From positions 14,832 to 78,831 of the forward strand of contig DASPKX010000104.1 of NCBI GenBank assembly GCA_035627835.1: a stretch of DNA of 64,000 nucleotides. Reading direction: 5' to 3'. Shown here in pieces: positions 29,720 to 38,166 of this stretch. This DNA comes from Candidatus Methylomirabilota bacterium (GTDB lineage Bacteria > Verrucomicrobiota > Verrucomicrobiia > Limisphaerales > SXQI01). Under the pieces are notes generated by a model. That model made no database searches. It had not been told where the DNA came from and saw only the letters and a list, made by a program, of their open reading frames with translations. The first letter of the stretch is position 1. Each line of letters starts with the position of its first letter. The translations under genes were made by a program, and so were the position numbers.

Positions 29720-31914
29720 ACATAGAAACATTCAAATACGACAATCGGATCGTCCGCGCGTTCGCGATTGCCACCGTGGTCTGGGGCCTGGTGGGGATGA
29801 GCGCCGGACTGCTGGCTGCCGTCCAGTTGTTCTGGCCGGAGGCAAACTTCAACCTGCAGTTCACAACTTTCGGCCGAATTCGGCCGCTCCACACGAACGC
29901 CGTGATCTTCGCATTCGTGGGCAACGGCATGTTCATGGGCATCTATTACTCGCTGCAACGCTTGTGCAAGGCACGCATGTACAGCGACCGGCTGAGCTGG
30001 ATTAACTTCTGGGGATGGAATGCCATCATCGTCGCAGCGGCTATCACCCTGCCGTTGGGCTTCACCACCAGCAAAGAGTACGCTGAGCTGGAATGGCCGA
30101 TTGATCTCGCGATTGCCGCAGTCTGGGTCGTGTTCACAGTGAACCTGCTCGGCACGATCCTGAAGCGGCGCGAGAAGCACCTCTACGTGGCGATCTGGTT
30201 TTACATCGCCACGGCAATCACCGTGGCGGTGCTGCACATCTTCAATTCGTTGGCGGTCCCCGCGAGCTGGTTCAAGAGCTACTCCGTTTATGCCGGTGTG
30301 CAGGATGCGTTGGTTCAATGGTGGTACGGGCACAACGCGGTCGCCTTCTTTTTAACCACTCCATACCTCGGCCTGATGTATTATTTCCTGCCGAAGGCGG
30401 CGGAGCGTCCCGTCTTTTCGTATCGCCTGTCGATCATCCACTTCTGGGCGCTCATCTTCATTTACATCTGGGCGGGGCCGCATCATCTGCTCTACACCGC
30501 CTTGCCAGATTGGGCGCAATCCCTCGGGATGGTTTTCTCCATCATGCTCGTTGCTCCGAGCTGGGGTGGCATGCTGAATGGGTTGCTCACGCTGCGCGGC
30601 GCGTGGGACAAACTCCGCACGGAGCCAATGCTCAAGTTCATGGTGGTAGCGCTCACTGCCTATGGCATGGCGACTTTGGAAGGGCCAATGCTCTCGATCA
30701 AGAGCGTCAACTCCCTCTCCCACTACACCGACTGGACGGTCGCTCACGTGCATACCGGCGCGTTGGGCTGGAACGGGTTCCTGACCTTCAGCGTTCTCTA
30801 TTGGCTCCTGCCAAAGCTCTACAACACACAGCTTTGGTCCAAACGGCTGGCCAACTGGCACTTCTGGATCGCGCTGCTCGGCATGATGTTCTACGTGGTG
30901 CCGATGTACTGGAGCGGCATTGCGCAAGGGCTGATGTGGAAGCAATTCACGCCCGAAGGGTTCATGCAATACCCGAACTTCCTGGAAACAGTGCTGCAAT
31001 TGATCCCCATGCACAGGCTGCGCGCGATTGGTGGATCGCTCTACATCGTGGGGGCATTCATCATGGCTTACAACCTCTGGCGGACAGCGCGCTCGGGCGT
31101 CTTCGTCCCTGACGTTGAGGCGCAAGCGGCGGCGCTTAAATCCCAAGACGCCCACGCGCCAGCGGATCCATGGAAGCATCGTTGGCTGGAATCCAAGCCG
31201 GTGTTGTTCACCGCGCTGACCACGTTGGCCATCTTGATCGGCGGTTTGATCGAAATCGTGCCGCTCTACCTGATCAAACAAAACGTGCCGACGATCGCGA
31301 GCGTGAAGCCTTACACGCCATTGGAAGTGATGGGCCGGGACTTCTACATCCGCGAGGGTTGTGTTGGCTGCCATTCGCAAATGGTGCGCCCCTTCCGCTC
31401 AGAAACGGAGCGTTACGGGGAATACTCGAAGGCTGGTGAGTTCGTGTTTGAGCATCCCTTCCTGTGGGGTTCCAAGCGCACTGGCCCCGACCTTCATCGC
31501 ATCGGCGGGAAGTACCCGGACGCCTGGCATTACAACCACATGGATGATCCGACCAGCACATCGCCTGGTTCCATCATGCCGCGCTACTCCTGGTTGTTGA
31601 AACAAAAGATCGACACCAACGCTGTGGCGGCCCGAATCACCGCGCTGCGCAAGGTGGGCGTCCCCTACCCTGCCGGTTATGAAGCCGTGGCGGTGGCTGA
31701 CCTGCAAAAGCAAGCAGCCTCAATTGTCGCGAGCCTGGAGACGGGCTCCATCAAGGCTGAGCCTGACAAGGAGATCATCGCGATGATCGCGTATCTGCAA
31801 CGGCTCGGCACCGACATCAAGGCAGCCCCGCAAGAGGAAGCGCCCCTGGAAACATCACAAGCTCCAGCGCCTCTCAAGCAAGCGTCAGCCACACCAACCA
31901 TCATCAATAACTAA
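29716..31914 (+). CDS. ccoNO: Fused cbb3-type cytochrome c oxidase subunits I and II (CcoN-CcoO)
   Basis: 732 aa. The N-terminal ~480 aa form a polytopic heme-copper subunit (HTNAVIF, WWYGHNAV, HHLLYT, HYTDWTVAHVHTGALG). The C-terminal part is CcoO-like (GRDFYIREGCVGCHSQMVRPFRSETERYGEYS...WGSKRTGPDLHRIGGKY). Confidence 0.93.
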   Translation: MNIETFKYDNRIVRAFAIATVVWGLVGMSAGLLAAVQLFWPEANFNLQFTTFGRIRPLHTNAVIFAFVGNGMFMGIYYSLQRLCKARMYSDRLSWINFWGWNAIIVAAAITLPLGFTTSKEYAELEWPIDLAIAAVWVVFTVNLLGTILKRREKHLYVAIWFYIATAITVAVLHIFNSLAVPASWFKSYSVYAGVQDALVQWWYGHNAVAFFLTTPYLGLMYYFLPKAAERPVFSYRLSIIHFWALIFIYIWAGPHHLLYTALPDWAQSLGMVFSIMLVAPSWGGMLNGLLTLRGAWDKLRTEPMLKFMVVALTAYGMATLEGPMLSIKSVNSLSHYTDWTVAHVHTGALGWNGFLTFSVLYWLLPKLYNTQLWSKRLANWHFWIALLGMMFYVVPMYWSGIAQGLMWKQFTPEGFMQYPNFLETVLQLIPMHRLRAIGGSLYIVGAFIMAYNLWRTARSGVFVPDVEAQAAALKSQDAHAPADPWKHRWLESKPVLFTALTTLAILIGGLIEIVPLYLIKQNVPTIASVKPYTPLEVMGRDFYIREGCVGCHSQMVRPFRSETERYGEYSKAGEFVFEHPFLWGSKRTGPDLHRIGGKYPDAWHYNHMDDPTSTSPGSIMPRYSWLLKQKIDTNAVAARITALRKVGVPYPAGYEAVAVADLQKQAASIVASLETGSIKAEPDKEIIAMIAYLQRLGTDIKAAPQEEAPLETSQAPAPLKQASATPTIINN

Positions 31915-31922
31915 AGGTCGTT

Positions 31923-32123
31923 ATGGTTAAGAACATATTGCAAAGCATCGGGGGGATTGGGCTTTACGGGGTGATCTCCGTTTGCCTCTTCTTCGCGGTC
32001 TTCAGCGGGGCAGTCCTGCTGGCCTGCCTGCATCGCCGCGGTTTCCTCGACCGGATGAGCGTCATGCCCCTCGAGGATGGTGAACGGCCAATTCAAAGCG
32101 CAGGAGGAAGTGACCATGAATAA
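31923..32123 (+). CDS. ccoQ: CcoQ/FixQ-like small membrane subunit
   Basis: 66 aa with a single TM helix (GLYGVISVCLFFAVFSGAVLLACL). Sits between ccoNO and ccoP and overlaps the ccoP start. Confidence 0.55.
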   Translation: MVKNILQSIGGIGLYGVISVCLFFAVFSGAVLLACLHRRGFLDRMSVMPLEDGERPIQSAGGSDHE

Positions 32124-32715
32124 TCCAAAAGATCCGAACGAACAGGATCCGCTGCTCATCGACCACGAGGCTGATGGAATCAAAGAGTTGGACAACTTGC
32201 TCCCCCGCTGGTGGGTGTGGCTGTTCTACCTCTGCATCGCGTTCTCCGTCGGCTACATGCTCTACTACCACGTGCTCAATGTGGGTGATTTGCAGATCGC
32301 CGAATACCAGAAGGAAGCGAAGGCTGGCGAAGCCATTAAATCCGCTGCGTTGGCGAAGTTCGAAAGCTCACTCGACAGCCTGGAGCCACTTAAGGATGAC
32401 AGCGCGATTGCAGCTGGAAATCAGGCTTATCTAACCTACTGCGCGCCTTGTCATCGGGCGGATGGTGGCGGTTTGGTTGGCCCGAACTTGACCGACGATT
32501 ACTGGATTCACGGCTCCAATTATGTGGAGTCAGTGAAGGTCATCATCAACGGCGTTCCAGACAAAGGAATGCTCACGTGGCGCGGGGTTCTTAAGCCTGC
32601 GGAGATTCAAAACGTCGCCAGCTACATTTGGACATTGCGGGGCACTAAGCCCGAAAATCCGAAGCCGCCGGAGAATCAACAAGCCGCGGCGCCAGCCAGC
32701 AACGATTACGAGTAA
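32116..32715 (+). CDS. ccoP: cbb3-type cytochrome c oxidase subunit III (CcoP), monoheme form
   Basis: CcoP N-terminal signature DGIKELDNLLPRWWVWLFY and a single CxxCH (CAPCH). Internal ATG 32116 of ORF 32077..32715. Confidence 0.85.
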   Translation: MNNPKDPNEQDPLLIDHEADGIKELDNLLPRWWVWLFYLCIAFSVGYMLYYHVLNVGDLQIAEYQKEAKAGEAIKSAALAKFESSLDSLEPLKDDSAIAAGNQAYLTYCAPCHRADGGGLVGPNLTDDYWIHGSNYVESVKVIINGVPDKGMLTWRGVLKPAEIQNVASYIWTLRGTKPENPKPPENQQAAAPASNDYE

Positions 32716-32739
32716 AGTCGTTCACCAAGCAGGTAGCAC

Positions 32740-34209
32740 ATGTCTGTCACGATCCAACCAACTCCGAATGGCTCCCACAGGAACGCTGGGGTCCAGCAGG
32801 ATATCCATTGGGAGGATTTCCGTGATCACTTGGCGACTGCGGAGAAGGATGGCAAACGGAAGTGGGTTTACGCAAAGAAGCCGTCCGGCAAATGGTATCG
32901 GCGGCGGGCATGGTTCAGTGTCCTGCTCCTGGCCATAATGTTCATTGGGCCGTTTGTTCGCATTAACGGCAACCCACTCTTAATGTTCAACATCGTCGAA
33001 AGGCGTTTCTCGATCCTGGGGCAAATCTTCTGGCCACAGGATGTGGTGATCTTTGCCGTGGCGATGCTGCTATTCATCACCAGCATCATCATCTTCACAA
33101 CTGCGTTTGGGCGGCTCTGGTGCGGCTGGGCCTGCCCGCAAACCGTCTTGATGGAGATGGTGTTCAGGCGAGTCGAGTATTGGATTGAAGGCGATGCCGC
33201 AGAGCAACGCGCTCTCGCAACGGCCCCCTGGAGCCGCACCAAAGTGGCCAAGAAAGCCCTGAAGCACGCGACATTCTTCGGCCTGTCGTTCCTGATAGGG
33301 AACACCTTGCTCAGCTACATCATCGGGGCGGACGCCTTGATCGACATCGTGCGGGACGATCCTCGCGAGCATATCACCGGGCTTTCGTTCATGATGTTAT
33401 TCACGCTGATCTTTTACGCGATCTTTGCCAGGTTCCGTGAACAAGCGTGCACGTTCATCTGCCCGTACGGCCGTTTTCAATCGGCTGTGCTTGATGAGAA
33501 CACGATGGTGGTGGCCTACGACCATAAACGGGGTGAGAAGCGGGGCAAGTTGCACCGGAACCAAGCTTGGGCAAATCGTCTCGCAGAGGGGTATGGCGAT
33601 TGCGTGAATTGTCGTGCATGCGTTGCGGTCTGCCCCACGGGAATCGACATTCGCAATGGCACGCAAATGGAGTGCGTGAGCTGCACCGCTTGCATCGATG
33701 CCTGCGATAGCGTGATGACGAAGGTCGGCCGCCCAACCGGTCTTATTCGTTACGCCTCTCTGAACAGCATTGAGAAAGGCGAGAGATTCCGCTTCACCGC
33801 CCGGATGGGGTGGTATTCCGCCGTGCTGTTCGCGCTTGCGATGCTCTTGTCCGCGCTGGTGTTTACACGCGCAGAAGTTGAAACGCTGTTCCTGCGCGCG
33901 CCCGGCGCGCTCTACCAGGAGACTGCGGACGGGAAGATTCAAAACCTCTACACCGTCAAGGTAATCAACAAGACCTCACATGAAATCGCAGTCCAAATGA
34001 GGGTAGAAAATTTCCCCGCCGAGCTGCAAATCATGGGACACAAGCATTTCAGCGTGGCCAAGGAGCAACTCGCGCAAACCTCCGTGTTGATTCGGGCGGA
34101 CAAAGCCGCCGTTCAATCGGCCAAAACGCCCCTGAAGATCGGGGTGTATTCCAACGACAAACTTTTAGAGACCGTCGAGACCGTTTTTGCGGGACCACGA
34201 GATCGCTGA
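32740..34209 (+). CDS. ccoG: Cytochrome c oxidase accessory protein CcoG (4Fe-4S ferredoxin-type membrane protein)
   Basis: CGWACPQT, CTFICPYGRFQ, and CVNCRACVAVCPTGIDIRNG...CVSCTACIDAC. Confidence 0.9.
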   Translation: MSVTIQPTPNGSHRNAGVQQDIHWEDFRDHLATAEKDGKRKWVYAKKPSGKWYRRRAWFSVLLLAIMFIGPFVRINGNPLLMFNIVERRFSILGQIFWPQDVVIFAVAMLLFITSIIIFTTAFGRLWCGWACPQTVLMEMVFRRVEYWIEGDAAEQRALATAPWSRTKVAKKALKHATFFGLSFLIGNTLLSYIIGADALIDIVRDDPREHITGLSFMMLFTLIFYAIFARFREQACTFICPYGRFQSAVLDENTMVVAYDHKRGEKRGKLHRNQAWANRLAEGYGDCVNCRACVAVCPTGIDIRNGTQMECVSCTACIDACDSVMTKVGRPTGLIRYASLNSIEKGERFRFTARMGWYSAVLFALAMLLSALVFTRAEVETLFLRAPGALYQETADGKIQNLYTVKVINKTSHEIAVQMRVENFPAELQIMGHKHFSVAKEQLAQTSVLIRADKAAVQSAKTPLKIGVYSNDKLLETVETVFAGPRDR

Positions 34210-34218
34210 GGAGAACGC

Positions 34219-34683
34219 ATGAAGAAGATTCTGAACAACCCATGGCCCTACGCAATAATGGCGTGGTTCGCACTTGCAATCACCGGCATGGTCATTTGGA
34301 TCACCGTGGCGGTTCGCAATGACCACGAACTCGTGCGCAAGGATTACTACGAGGCGGAACTCCGTTTTCAAACTCAGTTCGACAGCGTTCAACGAACCAA
34401 ACCGATTCGCAAGGATGTCGCTGTGGCGTATGAGCCTTCTCGTGAGAGCGTGACCGTCAAACTGCCCGCTTCTCATCATGGCGCTACCGGGGTGGTTCAC
34501 TTTTATCGGCCCTCTGAGGCCAAACTCGACCGAAAGTTCGACCTGCAACTCAGCGAAGCCGCCGTTCAAGAGCTGGCAGTCAAAGATATGAAAGCCGGTC
34601 TTTGGAAGGTCCAGGTCGCGTGGACCGTAAACGGGGTGCAATACTACTTCGATCAACCACTGATGCTCGCGGGAACCCAATAA
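34219..34683 (+). CDS. FixH/CcoH-family protein
   Basis: N-terminal NPWPYAIMAWFALAITGMVIWITVAV TM helix followed by a beta-rich domain. Position after ccoG. Confidence 0.78.
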   Translation: MKKILNNPWPYAIMAWFALAITGMVIWITVAVRNDHELVRKDYYEAELRFQTQFDSVQRTKPIRKDVAVAYEPSRESVTVKLPASHHGATGVVHFYRPSEAKLDRKFDLQLSEAAVQELAVKDMKAGLWKVQVAWTVNGVQYYFDQPLMLAGTQ

Positions 34684-35375
34684 TGATCGAACTGCCCACA
34701 GCCTTCCTGCTCGGGCTGGTCGGCAGCCTGCACTGCATCGGGATGTGCGGGCCGCTCGCCCTTGCGGTTCCGCGCGTGGGCTCCACAAATCGCGCCTTGG
34801 TCGTAAGCCGCCTGCTCTACAACGGCGGCCGCATAACCACTTACATGGTTATTGGCGGAGTGTTCGGCCTCGTCGGCAAAAGCATAGCGCTTGCAGGCCT
34901 GCAGGAATGGCTGTCGATCATTGCAGGAGCGCTGTTGCTGGTGGGGTTGGCCTTCTCTCGCCAAGCTGCGGCGATTGCGCCGATGGGACGGATGGTAATC
35001 AAGTTGAGGAATCGATTCGGACTGCTGTTGCGGAGGCGAACATATCCAGCAGTTGCCGGCCTGGGTCTGCTGAATGGTTTGCTCCCTTGTGGTTTGGTTT
35101 ATGCGGCGGCCACTGGCGCGGCGGCGAGCGCTGGTTTGCTCGCCGGCACGGGCTTCATGCTGGCATTCGGAATTGGCACCTTGCCAGTAATGCTGGGCCT
35201 TGGGTTGATTGGCCCACGGCTCCAAGGTGTATTGGGTTTCAAGCTCCAAAGGCTCATCCCTGTTTCCGTTGCCTTGGTTGGAGCATTGCTGATCCTGCGC
35301 GGCCTCGCCCTGGGCATACCGTACATTAGTCCCGACCTTGCGCCCGAAGCAGGAGTCACAGTTAAGTGCCACTGA
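34683..35375 (+). CDS. DsbD_2 / TauE-SafE-like membrane protein of the cco operon
   Basis: Motif GSLHCIGMCGPLALAV and ~6 TM helices. The ATG overlaps the fixH stop. Internal start of ORF 34602..35375. Confidence 0.78.
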   Translation: MIELPTAFLLGLVGSLHCIGMCGPLALAVPRVGSTNRALVVSRLLYNGGRITTYMVIGGVFGLVGKSIALAGLQEWLSIIAGALLLVGLAFSRQAAAIAPMGRMVIKLRNRFGLLLRRRTYPAVAGLGLLNGLLPCGLVYAAATGAAASAGLLAGTGFMLAFGIGTLPVMLGLGLIGPRLQGVLGFKLQRLIPVSVALVGALLILRGLALGIPYISPDLAPEAGVTVKCH

Positions 35376-35394
35376 GCGCCTCTAGCTGACGCAT

Positions 35395-35418
35395 CGCGAG
35401 GGAAAATCCCTTGCGTTT
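35395..35418 (+). terminator. Candidate terminator at the end of the cco cluster
   Basis: CGCGAGGGA-aaa-TCCCTTGCG (one G-U pair) followed by TTTGGGG. The T-tract is weak. Confidence 0.4.
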
Positions 35419-35445
35419 GGGGTTGCCCAGGCCTATCTCAAACAG

Positions 35446-36798
35446 ATGCATCGCCGTGACTTTCTCAAGTTGACCGCAGCTTCCATTGCTGCTGCCGGGC
35501 TGGACATTTCCGCCGCAGACATTCTCTCCGGGAAACCTAAACGCGTTGGCCTCATCGGCACCGGCTGGTATGGCAAAGCCGATCTCTTCCGTCTTATCCA
35601 GGTTGCTCCCGTAGAAGTCGTCTCCCTCTGCGACGTCGACAAGAAAATGCTCGCTGAGGCTGCGGACATGGTTTCTGAGCGGCAGGCTTCAAAGAAGAAG
35701 CCGCGGACGTATGGCGATTACCGCGAGATGCTCAAGGAGAAGGATCTCGACATCGTGCTGATCGCGACGCCGGACCATTGGCACGCGCTGCCGATGATCG
35801 ACGCAGTGAAAGCAGGGGCTCATGTTTATGTGCAGAAGCCCACCAGCGTGGATGTGGTTGAGAGCCAGGCGATGCTCGCGGCTGCGAAGAAATATAAACG
35901 CGTCGTGCAGGTCGGCACCCAGCGCCGCAGCACTCCACACCTCATCGAAGCTCGCGACCAAATCATCCGCGAAGGAAAGCTGGGGAAGATTCACCAGGTC
36001 GATATCTACTGCTATTACCACATGCGCGCCCGCGAAAACCCCGCGGACACGACGGCGCCCGACTTCCTGGATTACGACATGTGGACAGGCCCTGCTCCAA
36101 TGCGCCCCTACAACAAGCTGATCCACCCACGCAGTTGGCGCGCCTTTATGGAGTACGGCAACGGCATCGTTGGCGATATGTGCATCCACATGCTCGATAT
36201 GGTGCGCTGGATGATGGACCTCGGTTGGCCCACCTCAATCAGCTCCAACGGCGGCATTCTTTTCGACAAGGCGAGCAAGGCCAACATCACTGACACGCAG
36301 ACAGTCACCTTCGACTACGATGGCCTGCCGATTGTTTGGCAGCACCGCACGTATGGCGACGCGCCGGATCCCAAGTATCCCTGGGGCGCGACGATTCACG
36401 GCGAAAAAGGGATCCTCAAGGCGAGCGTGAACAGTTACGACTTCATCCCCCGCGATAAGAGCCAGAAGGCTATTCACAAGGATGTGACTTTTGAGCTGGA
36501 GCAATATCCTATCGACAAAGTGGAGAAAGATCTGGAACGCCACGTTGCCCCTGCTATTCGCCGGCATATGCTCGACTTCCTCGCGGCCATTGAGAAGCGG
36601 AGCAAGCCCGTTGCCGACATTGAGCAAGGAGTAACTTCAACAATCAGCTGCATTTTGGCCAACATCTCGCAGGAGCTTGGCCGAAGCGTCCGCTACGACC
36701 ATCGCAAAGGCGAGATCATCAGCGACCCCGATGCCAACCGCTTGCTTGCGCGGCAATACCGCGCTCCGTGGGTGCATCCCGATCCGAAGAGCGTTTAG
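35446..36798 (+). CDS. Gfo/Idh/MocA-family oxidoreductase with a twin-arginine signal
   Basis: MHRRDFLKLTAASIAAAGL (Tat-like), VGLIGTGWYG Rossmann motif, YVQKPTS. Confidence 0.9.
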   Translation: MHRRDFLKLTAASIAAAGLDISAADILSGKPKRVGLIGTGWYGKADLFRLIQVAPVEVVSLCDVDKKMLAEAADMVSERQASKKKPRTYGDYREMLKEKDLDIVLIATPDHWHALPMIDAVKAGAHVYVQKPTSVDVVESQAMLAAAKKYKRVVQVGTQRRSTPHLIEARDQIIREGKLGKIHQVDIYCYYHMRARENPADTTAPDFLDYDMWTGPAPMRPYNKLIHPRSWRAFMEYGNGIVGDMCIHMLDMVRWMMDLGWPTSISSNGGILFDKASKANITDTQTVTFDYDGLPIVWQHRTYGDAPDPKYPWGATIHGEKGILKASVNSYDFIPRDKSQKAIHKDVTFELEQYPIDKVEKDLERHVAPAIRRHMLDFLAAIEKRSKPVADIEQGVTSTISCILANISQELGRSVRYDHRKGEIISDPDANRLLARQYRAPWVHPDPKSV

Positions 36799-38021
36799 TG
36801 GAACAACCGCTCGCCTGCCCGTGAGCGGTAAGGTCCGACTCCTGGAGTAAACGGGCGCGCACGGCCATGCTTGCGCGCTTCGAAGTCATATTGGAAGAGC
36901 ACTCCAACGGAGTTGGCGCCACGTCCATGGCTCCGCAACGCGCGAATCCCGTGCCCATAAACGAGCGTCACGAACCAACTGCGGCGGGGAGAAGCGTAAG
37001 TTAGCCCGCCGCCCACGCCCGCATGCAAATGCCCGCCGGGCATTTCCAAGCCGGGCAGGTAATCAATGTATGCGCCCGCCGCCAACAGATCAGCGTACCA
37101 ATGCTTCCCCGGCGTGAGGGGGATCGAGTATTGGCCATTGAGGAGCACGAAGTTTTCCGCGCTTAGCTCCTGGTAAAAATATCCCGGAATGCTCAACGGA
37201 AATTCTGAGCCGAAAGGAAGCACGCCGCCCAGGCGATAAGCCCCGAAACGATCAGCCTCGAAAGTGGTGCCGACAGTGAAGGAAACATCAAACAGCTGCT
37301 CCGACGGGAACGTGTACTTGAGAAGCGCTCGAGCCCAGACCGCGTGCGTGGAGTTTTCTAGGTTGCGGTCATTCGCGAACCCGTACCCTTCCGATTCATC
37401 GCGGAATGCATAGTCATACCAGGCCGACAGCTCCATCGCTAAAGGAGCCGTGAGGCTGGGCTCTCTGCCGCCAAACCGAAGTCCGACCCGTCCGCTGTAA
37501 TAGTTGTGATCGGGCGGCAGCTCAAAGTTCGCCGCAGTGTCGTCCTCGTCAAAAATCGAGCGGCCAACCTCCCCACGAAAAACTGCCCACAACGGGATTT
37601 CGGAGCCGGGGTTGAGCCGGTGGTAAATGGACGCGGAGAAGTTCCCGCCATGCCCGTTAAAGGATTCTTCTTCAATGTACCGCCCGCGACGGATCTCTGA
37701 GTAGGTGTTCGCGAATCCGCCGCCAGCCACGCCAAACGCCACATCAGTGTTCGGGCCTAACAGTTCGCTGAAGCCAAGTTCGGCATCGATGTAGATAGGC
37801 GCGATCGCCAGGCGGAGGGTGCGATCTTCCGCGGTGAACTCCGGCTTGTTGTAGTAGTAAAATCCATACCCGGAGATGGGCGCTTTTCCTTCGAGGGGCT
37901 GGTTGTAGCCGAGCTGAATGAGCCGCCGCTTGTAAGGATCGATCTGCCCGTGAGCCTTAGCCCCGTAGAAACAGATGCACGCTGCCAATATTCCGGAGAA
38001 CAGACCCAGTTTCCTCGTCAC
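36795..38021 (-). CDS. Hypothetical outer-membrane beta-barrel-like protein
   Basis: GTG 38021 gives VTRKLGLFSGILAACICFYGAKAHG (signal-like). The body is rich in alternating aromatic/Gly beta-strand patterns (YGFYYYN, GGGFANTY, GGGLTYA). The upstream part of ORF 36795..38294 overlaps the uvrD start and is rejected. Confidence 0.55.
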   Translation of the reverse strand: MTRKLGLFSGILAACICFYGAKAHGQIDPYKRRLIQLGYNQPLEGKAPISGYGFYYYNKPEFTAEDRTLRLAIAPIYIDAELGFSELLGPNTDVAFGVAGGGFANTYSEIRRGRYIEEESFNGHGGNFSASIYHRLNPGSEIPLWAVFRGEVGRSIFDEDDTAANFELPPDHNYYSGRVGLRFGGREPSLTAPLAMELSAWYDYAFRDESEGYGFANDRNLENSTHAVWARALLKYTFPSEQLFDVSFTVGTTFEADRFGAYRLGGVLPFGSEFPLSIPGYFYQELSAENFVLLNGQYSIPLTPGKHWYADLLAAGAYIDYLPGLEMPGGHLHAGVGGGLTYASPRRSWFVTLVYGHGIRALRSHGRGANSVGVLFQYDFEARKHGRARPFTPGVGPYRSRAGERLFH

Positions 38022-38166
38022 GCCTGGCGATCTTACACAAACGGTCCTCAGCGAGCAACTTGCCCCCCCTCCCTGCCCTCGCAAATCAAGACTAAAAGCA
38101 ATGTGAAGAACTTTTTCCAGCCCCTCCTTGTGGATGAGTTTTGGCGAAGTAAGATGCGCGACGCTG

